Shown piece by piece: positions 36,946 through 48,574 of a stretch of DNA of 64,000 bases. The translations under genes and the position numbers were made by a program. The notes beneath the pieces are model-generated. The model saw only the letters and a program-made list of their open reading frames with translations. It ran no database searches and had not been told where the DNA came from. Within the stretch, counting starts at the first letter, position 1. Every line of letters starts with the position of its first letter. This stretch comes from Mobula hypostoma (Eukaryota): assembly GCF_963921235.1 (NCBI RefSeq), contig NC_086097.1, forward strand, positions 9,610,001 to 9,674,000, in the 5' to 3' direction.

Positions 36946-38120
36946 CAACTGGCTTCACCCATCTCCTCCTAGCTTGTACTCCATCCCCTTCCCTCAATTT
37001 CTTCCCCTTTTTGATCAATTTTAATAAAGGGTCTCGCCCAAATCCTTGTTTCTTTATTCATTTCCATAGATGGTGCCTGACCTGTTGAGTTCCTCCAGCA
37101 TTTTGTGTGTTACTACAGTTCACACATTATTCTTTTCTATTTACTAATCATAGTCAAATAGTACATTAGTTCTACTAAAGTAAAGAAACAATCATAAATT
37201 AATCATTAGTTTCAAAATGTTAAAATTCAACATGAAAGATTAATAAAAGGTGTTATTGTAATTAAATGATTACACAGCATTTGCAGATGTAAATTTAATA
37301 TGTTCACATCTTACATGTGAAATACTGTAATGTTCATGTAACATTTCATTTTCTAAGATCATTTGGTAAAGAACTTGTTTTACTACACCCAGAAATATTT
37401 TTGGAATCTCAGTGGATTGAACAGTGAAAACTCAACAAGGAATTTATTTCTGCTTTTAAAGCTTTTCTTCAGTTTTCCCCTCTTCAAGTTACAGAGAGAT
37501 TAGTATTATTGGCTGAGTGAAAGAGAGAAGAGATGATAATTGTGCACTGACTCACCTAGATCTTAACTATAAGAACAGGAAGCAGAGATCCCCTGGAGAT
37601 ATTGTGCCTGAAATCCTCTTGTAGCTTGGCAGGAAGAACATAAATCAGAATTTAGAATACAAAATGCTGGAGGAACTCAGTAGACCAGGCAACATCTAAA
37701 CAAAGGAATAAACAGTCATCATTTCAGGATGAGACCCTTCATCATGACTGGAAAGGAAGGGGGAAGAAGCCAGGATAAGAAGACCGGGGGAGGAGACAGA
37801 CTGCTTGCTACAGATGTGAAACTAAGTGAGTGGGGGAGGAAGGATAAAATAAAAAGCTGGGAGGTGATGGATGGGAAAGGTAAAGGGGAGAAGAAGACAG
37901 AATCTGATAGGAGAGGAAAGTGGACTGTGGGAGGAAGGGAAGGATGAGAGGCACAAGGGACAGGTGATAGGCAGATAAGGAGAAGAAAAAAGATAAGAGG
38001 GGAGCCAGAGTGGGGAATTGAAGAGGAGGGAAGGGTGAGGGGGAACATTTACTGGAAGTGGAGTAATAGATGTTCATGCCATCAGGTTGGAGGCTACCCA
38101 GACAGAAAAAAAGGTGCTTT
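36946..38120. mobile_element. Old PLE terminal remnants (plus about 36946-37110; minus about 37660-38120)
   Basis: gagttcctccagcattttgtgtg terminus; LQPDGMNI-coding segment. Confidence 0.6.
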
Positions 38121-38344
38121 CATTCAGATTTAAGAATGTTGCAGGAACACTTTTATTTTCTTTTATGGAACATCGGCATCACTAATATTCCCGGTTTTAA
38201 TGCCATTCTTCATTTGCTCTTAAACAAGTATTGATGAGTCAGGTTGTTAACCATCACAGTGTCTGTGGTGAAGGGAATTCCAAAGTGTTGAAAGTTGTTC
38301 TAGCAATTAGAAATTCAATTGAGTGATTTCATGATCTGGCCTGA

Positions 38345-39450
38345 AGGTCAGCAGTGGAAAGAGTGAGCAGTTTCATGTTTCTGGGTGACAACATCTCTGA
38401 AGATTTATCCTGGGCCCAACTTATTGTTGCAATTACAAAGAAGGCACAACAGCAACTATATTTCATTAAGAGTTTGAGGAGACTTGGCATGTCATCAAAG
38501 ACCTTCGCAGATCTCATGTATCATGGAGAGCATTCTAAATGGTTGCAACACACTGTCTGGTATGGTGAAATCACTGCACAAGATCATAAAAAGCTGCTGT
38601 AATCTCAGCCAGCTCCATCAAGGGCACTAGCCTACTAGGCATCAAGGACATCTTCAAAGAGCGTTACCTCAAAAAAATGTGGCATCCATCGTTAAGGACC
38701 CCTATCACCCAGGACATGCCCTCTTTTAATTGCTCCCATCAAGGAAGAGCTGCAGGAGCTTGAAGAGACACCACTCGACATTTTAGAAACAGCTTTTCCC
38801 CTTCAACCATTATATTTCTCAATGGACAATGAACCCATGAACACTACCTCAATGCTCTCTTTTTGCATGACTTAATTTAAGTTTTAACAATATATTTCTT
38901 ATTGTAACTTATAATTTTATTATGTATTGCAATGTACTGCTGCCACAAAACAACAAATTTCATGACATATGCCAGTGATATTAAACATGACTTTGATTCG
39001 GACTCTGAGGTGTTCTGTGTAATAGCAAAAGAACATTGTAGGAAGTGTGGCAGTCCCAGGGACGACTGGGCCATCATCACAGGAACAAAACCAAAAAAAT
39101 ATGTTCTAGTATTCAGCTAATCAGGTGGCAACTGTGCAGGTTGTGGGCATGGGGGACCGAGTGTGAGAATATGAAAGTGAGTGAGTGTGAAAGAGAGAGA
39201 AAGAAAATGTGGTTTAATATCACCAGGATATGTTGTGAAATTTGTTTTCTTTGTCACAGCGGTACATTGCAATACATAATAATAGAAAAATTTGTGCAAA
39301 ATTTAAAAAAAGAGTAGTGAAGTAACGTCCTTGGGTCCATTGTCCATTCAGAAATAGGATGGCAAAGGGAGGAACCTGTTCCTGAAACACTGAGTGTGTG
39401 TCCTTTGGGCTCCTGTACCTCCTCCTTGATGGTAGCAATATTAAGGGAGA
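38345..39450. mobile_element. Rex1/Babar fragments (plus 38345-39005; minus about 39205-39450)
   Basis: ERVSSFMFLG..ISEDLSW...KKAQQQLYFIKSLRRLG. Confidence 0.75.
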
Positions 39451-42244
39451 GGGACAGGAGACAGGAGGAGATGGACAGTGGGACAACAATCTTATTCTTA
39501 TGGAACAATCTTTTCCTTTCCATGCCAGGGCTCCATGTTAGTACATTTGACAGCTAGGATGGAAAAGTCAGGACTCAAAACTGAAAACTCATTCTCCTTT
39601 GTGCTCGTGTACTTGAAATGACATTAAACAATCTTGAACATAGAACTGCTTGACACACAATCCATTTGTGTTTCAAGCACTTTCTAGCAAAGTGAAGTTG
39701 TGCTAGATGCTTAGTGTCAAGATATAGAGAACACTTCTGGCTAAAGAAATTCCTCCTCAGCTGTGCTCTAAATGGACATCCCTTGTCTCAGGTTGTGACC
39801 TCTGGTCCCAGACTTACCTGCAAAAGGAAACATCCTCCCTACATTCACTCTATGCAGATCTTTCAGTATTTGATAGGTTTCAATGAGGTCCTCCCTCATT
39901 CTTCTAAGTTCCAGTGAGTATAGGCCCAGAGTCATCAAAGGCTCCTCATATGTTAACCCTTTCATTCCTGAAATCATTGTCATGAATCCCCTCTGGGCCC
40001 TCTCCAATGTCAGCACATCTTTTATTAGATAAAGGGCCCAAAACTGCTCACAATACTCTAAGTCTGACCAATGCCTTATAAAGCCTCAGCATTACATCCT
40101 TGTTCTTACAATATATTCTAGTCCTCTTGGAATGAATGCTAACATTGCATTTGCTTTCCTTATTACTGACTCAACCTGCAAGTTATTCTTTTGGGAATCT
40201 TGCACGAAGACTCCCAAGATCCTTTGCATCTCTGATTTTTGAATTCTTTTTCCCACTTACAATATAGTTTTTCGAAGAAAGTGCATGACCATGTACCTCC
40301 CCATATTATCTTCCATTGCCACTTATTTGCCCTTTCTCCCAATCTGTCTAAGTCCTTCTGCAGATTCCTTGCTTCCTCAACACCTATCCCCCTCCACCTA
40401 TCTTTGTAGTGTCCACAAACCTGGCCACAAAACAATCAATTCCATCATCCAAATCACTGACATATAACACAAAAAGCAACGGTCCCAACACAGTTCCCTG
40501 TGGAACACCACTAGTCACTGGCCAGCAACCAGAAAAGGCTCGCTTTATTCCCCGTCTTTGCCTCCTACCAGTCAGCCAAAATTCTATCCATGCTAGTATC
40601 TTTCCTGTAATACCATTGGATCTTATTTTGTTAAGCAGCCTCATGTGTGGCACCTTGTCAAAGGTCTTCTGGAAATCCAAGTAATCCACAACCACTAACT
40701 CACCTTTATCTATCCTGCTTGTTTTTCCCTCAGATACTTCCAACAGATTGCTCATGTAAGATTTCTCCTTAAGGAAACCATGCAGACTTTAGCCCTTTCA
40801 TATCACTTCTTTCAAAGATTTCCTTCGCTTCAAGCTCTCTAATCAAATCTAGTTCATGACACAACAACCAATTGAGAATAGCCTTTCCTCTAGTGGACTC
40901 AACCACAAGCTGCTCTAAAAAGGGTGCTCATAGGCATTCAACAAGTTCACTCCCTTGGGATCCAGCACCAACCTGATTTTCCCAATCTACCTGCATATTG
41001 AAATCTCCCATGTCTATCATACCAATGCCGTTTATACATGCTTTTCTATCTTCTGTTGTCTTCTGTAGCTCATATCCTGACTGCTGTTCAGAGACCTGTA
41101 TATAACTCCCATCAGGGTCTTTCTACCCTTGCAGTTCTTTAACTCTGCAAACAAGGATTCTGCATTATCCGATCCAATGTTACCTCTTTCTAAGGATTCT
41201 ATATCAATTTTTACCAAAAAGCCACCCCACCCCCTCTGCCTACCTGCCTGTCCTTTTGATACAATGTGTATTCTTTGACATTAAGCCCCTACTATGATCT
41301 TCTTTCTCCATGACTCAGTAATGCCCACACATCATATATGGAAACCCCTAACTGTACTGCATCACCTACCTTATTTTGTATACTGTGTGCACTCAAATAT
41401 AAAACCTTCAGTCTTGTATTCATTGCCCTTTTTGATTTTTCCGTCATAAAACACTGGAACTCATCCCACTGACTGCAATTTTGCTCTATTATATGCCTGT
41501 TTTTTCCCACAGTTTCACTGCACCCTGAATCTACTTGTATACCAAATGTCCTATCCTCAGCCCAATCACTGTACTTCCCATCCCCCTGCCAGAGTAGTTT
41601 AAAACCTCGCCAGCAGCTCTAGTAAATTTCCCCCAAGGTTATTGGTCTCCTTCGTGTTCAGATTGTAGCCCTTCCATTTTTACAGGTCATACCTTCCCAA
41701 GAAGAGATCCCTATGATCCAGAAGTCTGAAATCCTGTCCCCTGCACTAATTTCTTAGCCTTGCATTCATCTGCCAAATCCTCCTATTCTTACCCTCATGG
41801 ATGCACAGCACAGGCAGCAAACCAGAGATTACTATCCTAGAGGTTCTGCTTTTCAGCTTTCTACTTAACTCATTATATTGTATTCACTCTTCAGGACCTC
41901 TTCCCCTTTCCCACCTATGCTGTTGGCACCAATATGTGCCATGACTTCTGGCTGAACACCTTTAGAATGTTGTGGACCTGATCCAAGACATCCCTGACCC
42001 TTACATTTGGGAGGCAAAGTAGCATCTGGGTGTCTTTTTCAAAGCACAGAATCTCTTGTCTGCTCCCCTAATTATAGAATCCTCTGTTGCTACTGCGCTC
42101 CTCTTCTCCCCACCTTCCCCTCAGAGCCACGGAGCCAGAGCCCTGTGTGCTGCCGCTTCTCCCCGGTAGGTCATTTCCCCCACACCCCCAACAATATTTA
42201 AAGCGGTATATTTATTATTGTGGGAAACAGCCACATGGTTACTG

Positions 42245-43499
42245 CAACACACATCAAAGTTGCTGGTGAACGCAGCAGGCCAAGCAGCATCTATAGGAAG
42301 AGGCGCAGTCGACGTTTCAGGCCGAGACCCTTCGTCAGGACTAACTGAAGGAAGAGTGAGTAAGGGATTTGAAAGTTGGAGGGGGAGGGGGAGATGCAAA
42401 ATGATAGGAGAAGACAGGAGGGGGAGGGATAGAGCCGAGAGCTGGACAGGTGATAGGCAAAAGGGGATACGAGAGGATCATGGGACAGGAGGTCCGGGAA
42501 GAAAGACAGGGGGCGGGGGGTGACCCAGAGGATGGGCAAGAGGTATATTCAGAGGGACAGAGGGAGAAAAAGGAGAGTGAGAGAAAGAATGTGTGCATAA
42601 AAATGAGTAACAGATGGGGTACGAGGGGGAGGTGGGGCCTAGCGGAAGTTAGAGAAGTCAATGTTCATGCCATCAGGTTGGAGGCTACCCAGACGGAATA
42701 TAAGGTGTTGTTCCTCCAACCTGAGTGTGGCTTCATCTTTACAGTAGAGGAGACCGTGGATAGACATGTCAGAATGGGAATGGGATGTGGAATTAAAATG
42801 TGTGGCCACTGGGAGATCCTGCTTTCTCTGGCGGACAGAGCGTAGATGTTCAGCAAAGCGGTCTCCCAGTCTGCGTCGGGTCTCACCAATATATAAAAGG
42901 CCACATCGGGAGCACCGGACGCAGTATATCACCCCAGTCGACTCACAGGGGAAGTGATGCCTCACCTGGAAGGACTGTTTGGGGCCCTGAATGGTGATAA
43001 GGGAGGAAGTGTAAGGGCATGTGTAGCACTTGTTCCGCTTACACGGATAAGTGCCAGGAGGGAGATCAGTGGGGAGGGATGGGGGGGACGAATGGACAAG
43101 GGAGTTGTGTAGGGAGCGATCCCTGCGGAATGCAGAGAGAGGGGGGGAGGGAAAGATGTGCTTAGTGGTGGGATCCCGTTGGAGGTGGCGGAAGTTACGG
43201 AGAATAATATGTTGGACCCGGAGGCTGGTGGGGTGGTAGGTGAGGACCAGGGGAATCCTATTCCTAGTTGGGTGGTGGGAGGATGGAGTGAGAGCAGATG
43301 TACGTGAAATGGGGGAGATGCGTTTAAGAGCAGAGTTGATAGTGGAGGAAGGGAAGCCCCTTTCTTTAAAAAATGAAGATATCTCCCTCGTCCTAGAATG
43401 AAAAGCCTCATCCTGAGAGCAGATGCGGCGGAGACGGAGGAATTGCGAGAAGGGGATGGCGTTTTTGCAAGAGACAGGGTGAGAAGAGGAATAGTCCAG
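42245..43499 (-). mobile_element. Penelope-like element, 5'-truncated (RT C-terminal region, GIY-YIG, terminal region)
   Basis: IPFSQFLRLRRICS...ERGFP; VIYCVRCSRCGLLYIGETRRRL; 10-bp TSD atggttactg 42235-42244 / 43500-43509. Confidence 0.94.
42306..42343 (-). ncRNA. Minimal type I hammerhead ribozyme motif with intact core
   Basis: tagtc-CTGACGA-AGG gtctcgg CCT-GAAA-CG-TC-gactg; palindromic ACGT in place of stem III. Confidence 0.75.
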
Positions 43500-43965
43500 A
43501 TGGTTACTGGCTGCCTATTTCCCCTTCCCTCTCCTGACAGTCACCCAGTTACATATCTCTTGACAATTAAAGGTGACTACTTCCTTGTAGCTCCTATCTA
43601 TCACCTCCTCAGTTTCCCATACGAACCAAAGGTAGCTGAGCTTCAGTTTCTTATCATGGTCTCTCAGAAGCTGCAGCTTGGGGTACTTCATGCAGATGTA
43701 GTTATCAGGGAGACAGGAGGTCTCCCAAGGTTCTCACATCTCACACAATGGACATACCACCAACACTGCGCCCATTTTCAGTTCTCAGTTGACTAGGTAT
43801 GTACTAACAAAAAAAAACTTACTAGAAATTAGTCTGCATCTGTAGTTGCCCAAGCTTGTTCTCACCTAAGCCTGTTTAGCCAAAGCAGGAAACTCTAACA
43901 CTGCCCTATTCCAAAAATGGCAGCTCCATCAAAGATGAATAAACAACTTTTGGTGACCAGCTTGT

Positions 43966-44537
43966 TGGTTGGTTGGTTGGTTGTCCATTGTTGACATCGA
44001 TGAGGACCTCGACCCCATTATGATGGTGTCAAGACTAGCGCATGATTTGGATTTAAGTGAGGGAGAGTTGCGCAGCATCAGCCTCACTCTCTCTTCCCAA
44101 TTCCCATCTGGGTCCAGTGGCAAGACAGAGTCTAGACAGCTGGAGATGGGACTAGGCGCAGTGGATGACCGGGACATCTTCTGTGTCTTGTCCTGCTCTA
44201 CACGTTCCACGACGCTTGCAGAGACTGCCTTCTTGACCGTTGGACCTTCCATAGGTCTCGTCCGCTCAATCTGCTGGAGTCGGTCTTCACATGCTGGGAT
44301 AGACAACTCCCTATCTCACCGAGGGTTTGAGACTCGTCGGCTACCCTCACCTGGTTTAGCCGGCTTGTCGAAGCCGTTGCCCGGGGTGTGGCCGCTGTCG
44401 CATGCAAACAGCTACGGGGAGCCACAGGTGAGAGCTGAGTGCCAGGTGGGGACCAAAGGTGGACTAACCGCCCTGAAAAGAACGCGACATGTTCCCCCAC
44501 CAGAGGTGCTACCCCTCCCTGACAGCCCATACACCCC
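43966..44537 (-). mobile_element. Non-coding retroposon (RTE-like, inferred) with (CAAC)n tail
   Basis: TSD cagcttgt 43958-43965 / 44538-44545; microsatellite tail; CpG-rich, so probably young; no tRNA head. Confidence 0.8.
44344..44537 (-). ncRNA. HDV-like self-cleaving ribozyme (predicted by hand)
   Basis: P1 GGGGTGT/ACACCCC; P2 CTCTCACCTG/CAGGTGAGGG; P3 GGC/GCC; L3 TCCCCGTA plus hairpin; GG-GCAA; P4 CGGCTT/AAGCCG; J4/2 GCTAA. Confidence 0.75.
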
Positions 44538-44649
44538 CAGCTTGTACTGCATCAATGTTAGCTGATCAATTTTTTTGATCTTTAAAAATTAATCTACAAA
44601 CCGACAACTTTCATTCACTGAAGTACTTGAAATATCACCCTGGTCTTTA

Positions 44650-45450
44650 GAACGTAGAGACGTAGAACACAGAAAATCTACAGCACAATGCAGGCCCTTC
44701 GGTCAACAAAGCTGTGCCGAACATGTCCTTAACTTAGAACAACCTAGGCTTAGTGATAGCCCTCTACTTTTCTAAGCCCCATGTACCTGTCCAGGAGTCT
44801 CTTAAAAGACCCTATCATTTCCGCCTCCACCACCGCCGCTGGTAGCCCATTCCACACACTCACCACTCTCTTACCCCTGACATCTCCTCTGTACCTACTT
44901 CTAAGCACCTTTAAACTATGCCATCTCGTGCTAGCCATTTCAACCCTGGGAAAAAACTGACTATCCACATGATCAATACCTCTCATTATTTTGCACACCT
45001 CTATCAGGTCACAACTCATCCTTCGTTGCTCCAAGGAGAAAAGGCCGAGTTCACTCAACCTATTCTCATAAGTCATGCTCCTCAATCCAGGTAACATCCT
45101 TGTAAATCTCCTCTGCACCCTTTCTATGGTTTCCACATCCTTCCTGTAGTGAGGCAACCAAAACTGAGCACAGTACTCCAAGCGGGGTCTGACCAAGGTC
45201 CTATATAGTTGCAACATTACCTCTCGGCTCTTAAACTTAATCCTCCGGTTAATGAAGGCCAATGCACCGTATGCCTTCTTAACCACAGAGTCAACCTGTA
45301 TAACAGCCTTGAGTGTCCTATGGACTTGGACCTCAAGATCCCTCTGATCCTCCACACTACCAAGAGTTTTACCTTTAATGCTAAATTCTGCCATTATATT
45401 TGACCTACCAAAATGAACCACCTCACACTTATCTGGGTTGAACTCCATCT
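44650..45450 (-). mobile_element. CR1 3' fragment
   Basis: 242-aa ORF with LVRPRLEYCAQFW and DLIEVCKIMRG. Confidence 0.92.
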
Positions 45451-45928
45451 TCCACGGTGTCACGGTGTCATGTGGCATTATTATGCTACATGAGGACTAG
45501 AAAATAATCTTTTCTGTCAGGAGAGAATAACCCACCTTCCTTGATATTCTGTGGAATTGCCATCACCAAATCACTACGATCAATACAACCATAGCATAAA
45601 TTTTCATGAAAGCTAATCAGACCAGCTATTTTGGCTATAAGAGAAAACGAGAGAGTGTAGATCCTGCAATAATAATTTCTGACTCTCCAAGACATTTTAA
45701 ACATTCTCAAGAAACAGGGCTGAAGTATGATCGAATATGATACACGGTACGCCATATTTAGTTTAACTTCAATGATATCAAAAAGCTCCACAACTTCCAT
45801 GGAAAAATATGTGTCTAACAGTCTTCTTAATTGGCATCCCATATGCCATTCTAAAAATTTAATTTCTCTATCACCAGGACATAATGGCAGCAATAAGCAT
45901 TTTCTCAACATGCACTGGGGCGACTCAC

Positions 45929-45954
45929 CAATACTTCTATGGTACTAGTGTCCT
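45929..45954 (-). other. Candidate small exon
   Basis: Strong donor TTG|GTGAGT, pyrimidine-rich upstream sequence, open frame (E)DTSTIEVL. Confidence 0.2.
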
Positions 45955-46574
45955 CTTAGTGATGGTAAGGACAAAGTCAGCAGGGAGAACATCACATTCT
46001 CCCCTTATTCACATGCCAATCTGCTTTGGAAATACATTGTTACTCCTGGAACTGCTCCTGCTGCTAAGGATTATAATAGGTTTCGAAGTGCATCGTTACT
46101 ATTTTACCAAGAACAATTAAAAATGGGCATTAAGTGCTGTTCCTGTCGGTAATTACTCATTCTGTAAATGCAATAGCTTTAACATTCAATAATTCACTAC
46201 GTCTCAGACATTAAAAGAAATTGGAAGGAATTATGTGAAGCATTAACATCAATCTTTTCTTCACTGAAGCTTAATTTTTAGATGATTAAAACACATCACT
46301 ATTAGTCAAAATTAGACTGCTGCATACAATAAAATGTAAGTTTCAATATGCACCCAAATTAACAATGTTATTACCATGACTCTCACGGATGCTAACTCTT
46401 TTCATAACATAGTCTGGCAGTATAGCAAACATATTTTATTATGTTTCAATTAAAAAACCTGAATTATGTAACATTTCAAGCAAAAAAAAGTCTCTCAGGG
46501 TTTTTATTGGCCTGTTTCATTCAGGACATTTTCAGGGAGCGAGATCTCAAAAAGACAGCATTTATCATAATGGA

Positions 46575-47240
46575 GAGCACAATGGTTTAAGGTGCAGGTG
46601 ACCTGGGTTCCACCCCTGCCACTGCCTGTAAAGGGTGTATATGTTCTCCCATAACCACGTGAGTTTCCTCCAGGTGCTCCAGTTTTTTCTCACAGTCTGA
46701 AGACATACCAGTTGGTAGGGTATGGGTCATTATAAGTTAGACCATAGACCATAAGACAGAGGAGCATAAGTTGGCCATTCGGCCCATCAAGTCTGCTCCG
46801 CCATTTTATCATGAGCTGATCCATTCTCCCATTTAATCGCACTGCCCCGCCTTCTCACCATAACCTTTGATGCCCTGGCTACTCAGATACCTATCAATCT
46901 CTGCCTTAAATACACCCAATGACTTGGCCTCCACAGCCGCCCATGGCAACAAGTTCCATAGATTCACCACCCTCTGGCTAAAAAAACTTCTTTGCATTTC
47001 TGTTCTGAATGGGCGCCCTTCAATCCTTAAGTCATGCCCTCTCGTACTAGACTCCCCCATCGTGGGAAACAACTTTGCCACATCCACTCTGTCCATGCCT
47101 CATAAATTGTCTCATGATTAAACGAAGGTTACATCGGCGGCGGGGGGGCGGGTGCAGGGGGGTGGGGTGTTGCTGAGCAGTTTGGCTCAAAGGGTCGGAA
47201 GGGCCTATTCTGCACTGTATTTCAATACATACATTAATAA
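46575..47240 (+). mobile_element. V-SINE/HE1-like SINE split by a CR1 3' end (about 46740-47100, minus)
   Basis: SINE core 46620-46730 and tail 47100-47240; CR1 peptide FFSQRVVNLWN. Confidence 0.75.
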
Positions 47241-47788
47241 ATAGACTTTCTGTAATATTAAACATTGTATTGTACCACTGCCGCATAACAACAAATGTCA
47301 TGATATATCCCGGTGATATAAAACCGGATTGTGATTCACCTACAAAGTGACAAGCAGATTGTCTGCATTATTAAGTTTTCTGACTCCTCACTGACTCACT
47401 CCACCTTGCCATACAATTTACCAACTTTAAATAACAACAGAAAATATTGTAAATGTTCAGCAGGACAAATAGCATCTATGGAGGGAGAAGCTACTAATTG
47501 CCGATATTTTGCTGACAAATGAAACTGATTTCGAATGGCACTCCTGGCATTTCACCATTTAACTAGAGGTAAGTGTTTAACTCTGGCACACTCATTGCCA
47601 TGTGCAGTAATGGCAAAACCATTGAACGAGTGAGAAAGGCAAATTTGTAATTCTCACTGTTGCAGGACACCACATAGAAATCAGCATTTTGCATTGGAAT
47701 TTTTAGACAAGTGCAGCATCTGTGACTATATTAATTCAATTGGGAACTATTAGACCTGGGGAAGAAGAAACATAAATGGTGGGAGGAG

Positions 47789-48450
47789 AAGACGGCGGCA
47801 CGACGCAGTTCGCAGCAGCCACTCCGGTGGTGATGTCTGTTATTTGTCAGGTAGGGTGCCGTGCACAATCCTGATTTGATGGATACGGACGTGAGAACAC
47901 GGAGAAACTTCTGGTGAAACTTCTGAAATGCCCGCTTCGCTGCTGCTGCTACTGTGTGATCCAGAATCTCCAGAGGAGAAGGCCCCGAGTCCTCAGCTTT
48001 GCTTGTTGCTCGGCGGCCGGGGCGGGTTCGAAGCGCTTGGCAGAAGATGGTGCTCGGAGAGGCTGTATCGGAGGGGCTGGTCAGAGGCTCGAAGTTTTCC
48101 GATGGACTCAGAGTCCGCTGTGGTCGGGTGCTTCCAATGCATCAGCAAGTTGTTGGCGCTTGGAGGTTCATGGCAGGGAGAGTTTCTCCCCTCTGCCGCC
48201 TGCATTAGATGATGAGTCGATCGGGACTTTGAGACTTTTTTTTACTGTGCCCATGGTCTGCTCTTTATCAAATTATGGTATTGCTTTGCACTGTTGTGAC
48301 TATATGTTATAACTATGTGGTTTTGTCAGTTTTAGTCTTGGTTTGTCCTGTTTTTCTTGTGATATCATTCTGGAGGAACGTTGTATCATTTTTTAATGCA
48401 TGCATTTCTAAAAGACAATAAACGAGGACTCAGTGTCCTCATAATCTAAT
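47789..48450 (+). mobile_element. GC-rich non-autonomous retroposon with (taatc)n-like tail, copy 1
   Basis: Colinear with 60190-60845; starts AAGACGGCG. Confidence 0.7.
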
Positions 48451-48574
48451 AATAATCAAATTGTTTTGATTTAATTATTGCTGTTTCTTTTTTACCTTAC
48501 TGACGTTAATGCTTTCATTTTTGTGATTATTCTATTTATAATAGCCTCTTGTACATTTCTAGTGCCATTTAATA

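Larger units (their letters stand above)
39730..43790 (-). mobile_element. Old, long but internally deleted CR1 including the ORF1 esterase-like region; split by a PLE
   Basis: LDFQKTFDKVPH and GVPQGTVLGP; endonuclease start LKVLYLSAHSIQNK; ORF1 DSIIRGADKRFC-like segment near 42045-42085. Confidence 0.8.

Noticed and set aside
37555..37625. Minus-strand donor TAG|GTGAGT as a coding exon
   Set aside because: All three frames hit stop codons at or before the donor.
43929..44565. 198-aa and 125-aa ORFs as novel proteins
   Set aside because: They lie inside a GC-rich TSD-flanked retroposon, have no recognisable domain and are explained by base composition.
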